This document shows, piece after piece, positions 61,944 through 64,000 of a stretch of DNA of 64,000 nucleotides. Where the stretch lies: the NCBI GenBank assembly GCA_963675295.2, contig CAXXKJ010000002.1:2848001-2912000 (forward strand), given 5' to 3'. How positions within the stretch are numbered: position 1 is the stretch's first letter; the number at the start of each line of letters is the position of its first letter. A model generated the notes under the pieces. That model ran no database searches. It was not told the DNA's origin and worked only from the letters and a program-made list of their open reading frames with translations. Both the position numbers and the translations under genes were made by a program. The stretch comes from a bacterium. Its GTDB lineage: Bacteria; Electryoneota; Electryoneia; Electryoneales; Electryoneaceae.

Positions 61944-63680
61944 CTACTTCCCCTTTTTCGCCATGTTGCCCACCACCATGTCGTCTTCCAGTCGGAATTC
62001 CGACCGGCCGTAGTCTTCCTCGATCAATTTCGAACGGGAGCCAATCGTAATTTTTACCCCGGAATGGACTTCGTTGTCAACAAGAACGCGCGCTTCTTTT
62101 TCCAGCTGGCTGATTTGTCCGAACCACTGATCCCGCAGAGTTTCAATTTCCTCAGTCCAACGATCGATTCCGCCCATGTGTTCGTACAGCAGATCAATCG
62201 CCTCGGACTGCTCTGGCGACAGCGGGTTCTTGCCCTCGTATTTCTTCTTCATCAGGCTATCGAGCGCCTGCTGCAGAATTTCCTTCATGTCCGTCCGGTG
62301 AGCCAGGGCGTCCGTCGCCTTGTTTAGCCGTTCGCTGAGCAACTGGTTCACGCCAACAATCATGTTGGTACGCTGGTTGTGCAGGTTGCCGGCGATTTTG
62401 GCGTTGATCCCCTTCGTGGCGGCAACCGTCCCACCGATAATTGCTCCCTTGCCATAGCGGACAACGACCTGGCCGAGGGTGATCACGTTCGCGTAGATGA
62501 TCTCTTCCGCAATGTGCACGTCCCCATTTCCAATCACCTTCTGGTTCTCGAGGAAACGGATGTGGGTCTCACCACAGACCCTCGCGATGCCTTTCCCCTT
62601 GCCGAGGAAACCGCCACGAACCTGCAGGTTTCCGCCGCAGTGGATGTAGGCGTCTTCCACCACGCCGTTGATTTCGATATCGCCGGATGCATAGATGGCG
62701 AACCCGGCGATCACGTTTCCGAGCACGTGGACCGCGCCGTCAAACCGGATGTTGCCGGTTGAAAAATCAACGTCACCTTCCACGATGAACTGCTCCGAAA
62801 CCGAGATCCGGTTGTCGTCCTGCATGCTGACCGCGCCACTGGTCGTCGCGACCAGACGGAACCCGTCCTTGTCCTCGAACTTGGTTCCGGGACCGGCATT
62901 CAGCGGGATGTCGTGACCAATCACACCCACCAGCTGCTTATCGCGCACTGTAAAGCCGGGATCACCCCGCTCCGCCGGGGTCTTCACCGCCAGCAGCTCA
63001 CCCTCCTTCACCTGCTGGATGACACCGACTTCCTTGTAATTGGCGTGGCCCTTCTCGTCGTAGGAGACCTGCGGCTGTGGGTTGCGTTCGAAAAACAGCT
63101 CGAGCTTTGCACTGATGCCTTCGCCCGGCGGTTTTCCCCGGGCAACAACGACAGGGAACCCTCGCGGCCCCTCTTCGTCCATCAGCTTATCAATCGCGTC
63201 ATTATCGTATCCAGCGATCACACCGGCACGCTGCAACGCGTTGACAATGGCGGACCGGGACACGGCTCCGTTGACCTTGACGTTGACGCTGGCTTCCATG
63301 CCGTCGTCACTAACGGTCGCCGCAACCTCGCTGTCGGTTAAACCGCTGTCGTCAAAGAACTCCGTGCTCTCTTCTTCGCCGTCTTCTTCAGATTCTTCGC
63401 CTGCGGTGATGGTTTCGGTCGCCTCACCAGCGTCAGTGGTGGTTTCATCCTTCGGACCCGAGTCGGTATCCCCGGGTTCGGCGGTACCAGTCGTCTCCTC
63501 GGTTTGGCCTGCCACGGCTTCGGGAGTGGATTCAGCTTCTGCTTCAGCGGGCGATGGGTCGATGGAGTCTTCTGGTTTGCGAGCCTCCTCCCCATTCTCG
63601 TCCTCCGCTCGACCAGGCACGGCCGGTTGTTGCAGGAAGACGCGATAACGCGGATGCAATCGTTCGAGGAGGATGCTCAT
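61944..63680 (-). CDS. fapA: FapA (DUF342) family protein with acidic N-terminal extension
   Basis: VARGKPP..G, GDVDFSTGNI.F.G, GAIIGG, a coiled coil and GVKITIG. Confidence 0.85.
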   Translation of the reverse strand: MSILLERLHPRYRVFLQQPAVPGRAEDENGEEARKPEDSIDPSPAEAEAESTPEAVAGQTEETTGTAEPGDTDSGPKDETTTDAGEATETITAGEESEEDGEEESTEFFDDSGLTDSEVAATVSDDGMEASVNVKVNGAVSRSAIVNALQRAGVIAGYDNDAIDKLMDEEGPRGFPVVVARGKPPGEGISAKLELFFERNPQPQVSYDEKGHANYKEVGVIQQVKEGELLAVKTPAERGDPGFTVRDKQLVGVIGHDIPLNAGPGTKFEDKDGFRLVATTSGAVSMQDDNRISVSEQFIVEGDVDFSTGNIRFDGAVHVLGNVIAGFAIYASGDIEINGVVEDAYIHCGGNLQVRGGFLGKGKGIARVCGETHIRFLENQKVIGNGDVHIAEEIIYANVITLGQVVVRYGKGAIIGGTVAATKGINAKIAGNLHNQRTNMIVGVNQLLSERLNKATDALAHRTDMKEILQQALDSLMKKKYEGKNPLSPEQSEAIDLLYEHMGGIDRWTEEIETLRDQWFGQISQLEKEARVLVDNEVHSGVKITIGSRSKLIEEDYGRSEFRLEDDMVVGNMAKKGK

Positions 63681-64000
63681 CAGGATTCCAGGTCGGAGGG
63701 TGGTCCGGAGGTGGACAGGGTGCGGTGCGTGTCACTGTCATCGGTCCACTGGTCGATCTTGTTCAAGGATTGGTCCGATCCGCCGATGAGATAGTTCATC
63801 TTGCCGATCCGGACGATGTACAGGAAGCGCTTCGGTCCCAGAGCACGAGTAGCCCGAAGTTCGATTCTTTCTCCCCGTTGTGGAGCGTTTGGCAGTTTTT
63901 CCAGCATCCTCGGATAGTAGCGGCGGATGAGGTAGACCATCAGGAAGAACAGAGCGAGCACAAACGCCAGAGCAACAATCGCCTTGAGGATGCTGAAGGT
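63680..64000 (-). CDS. fliO: FliO/FliZ (3' part; 5' end outside the window)
   Basis: TM ..LAFVLALFFLMVYLIRR followed by ALGPKRFLYIVRIG..YLIG. TGATG overlap with fapA. Confidence 0.85.
   Translation of the reverse strand, partial: TFSILKAIVALAFVLALFFLMVYLIRRYYPRMLEKLPNAPQRGERIELRATRALGPKRFLYIVRIGKMNYLIGGSDQSLNKIDQWTDDSDTHRTLSTSGPPSDLES

Overview
GC-rich bacterial chromosomal window. The lineage is inferred only loosely: a diderm, plausibly an FCB-group candidate phylum. The left ~24 kb holds housekeeping and envelope genes, mostly on the minus strand: pcrA (partial), mltG, a LOG-family gene, DUF2154 and DUF4097 envelope proteins, a DUF3108 protein, cysS, a CDP-alcohol phosphatidyltransferase, a metallophosphoesterase, purF, pgi, an lspA-TPM-nucleotidyltransferase-lemA operon, treT, gdhA, an Xis-HTH response regulator, accC/accB and a dnaJ paralogue. 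The right ~40 kb is one minus-strand flagellar supercluster: fliO-fapA-fliP-fliQ-[hybrid kinase, degenerate HD-GYP regulator]-fliR-flhB-flhA-flhF-flhG-(flgV-like)-fliA-hyp-hyp-flgF-G-A-H-I-J-N-K-L-[~11 kb glycosyltransferase island]-fliT-like-fliC-fliD-fliS-flgM, with sigma54- and sigma28-like promoters. The most notable observations are: (1) a putative flagellin-glycosylation island with Maf-N::CgeB and GT9::CgeB fusions and a pseudo-GT2/TPR protein; (2) a two-component pair with a catalytically dead HD-GYP domain inside the fliQ-fliR export-gate operon; (3) a FlgM with a duplicated sigma28-binding module; (4) a candidate ~69-nt sRNA with its own promoter and U-tract; (5) recurring paired heptamer-repeat intergenic modules; (6) an uncharacterised LemA/TPM/nucleotidyltransferase module; (7) a 7-residue-periodic D-S/T sequon array. 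No rRNA, tRNA, CRISPR array or transposase was seen. All family assignments come from motif recognition, not database searches.
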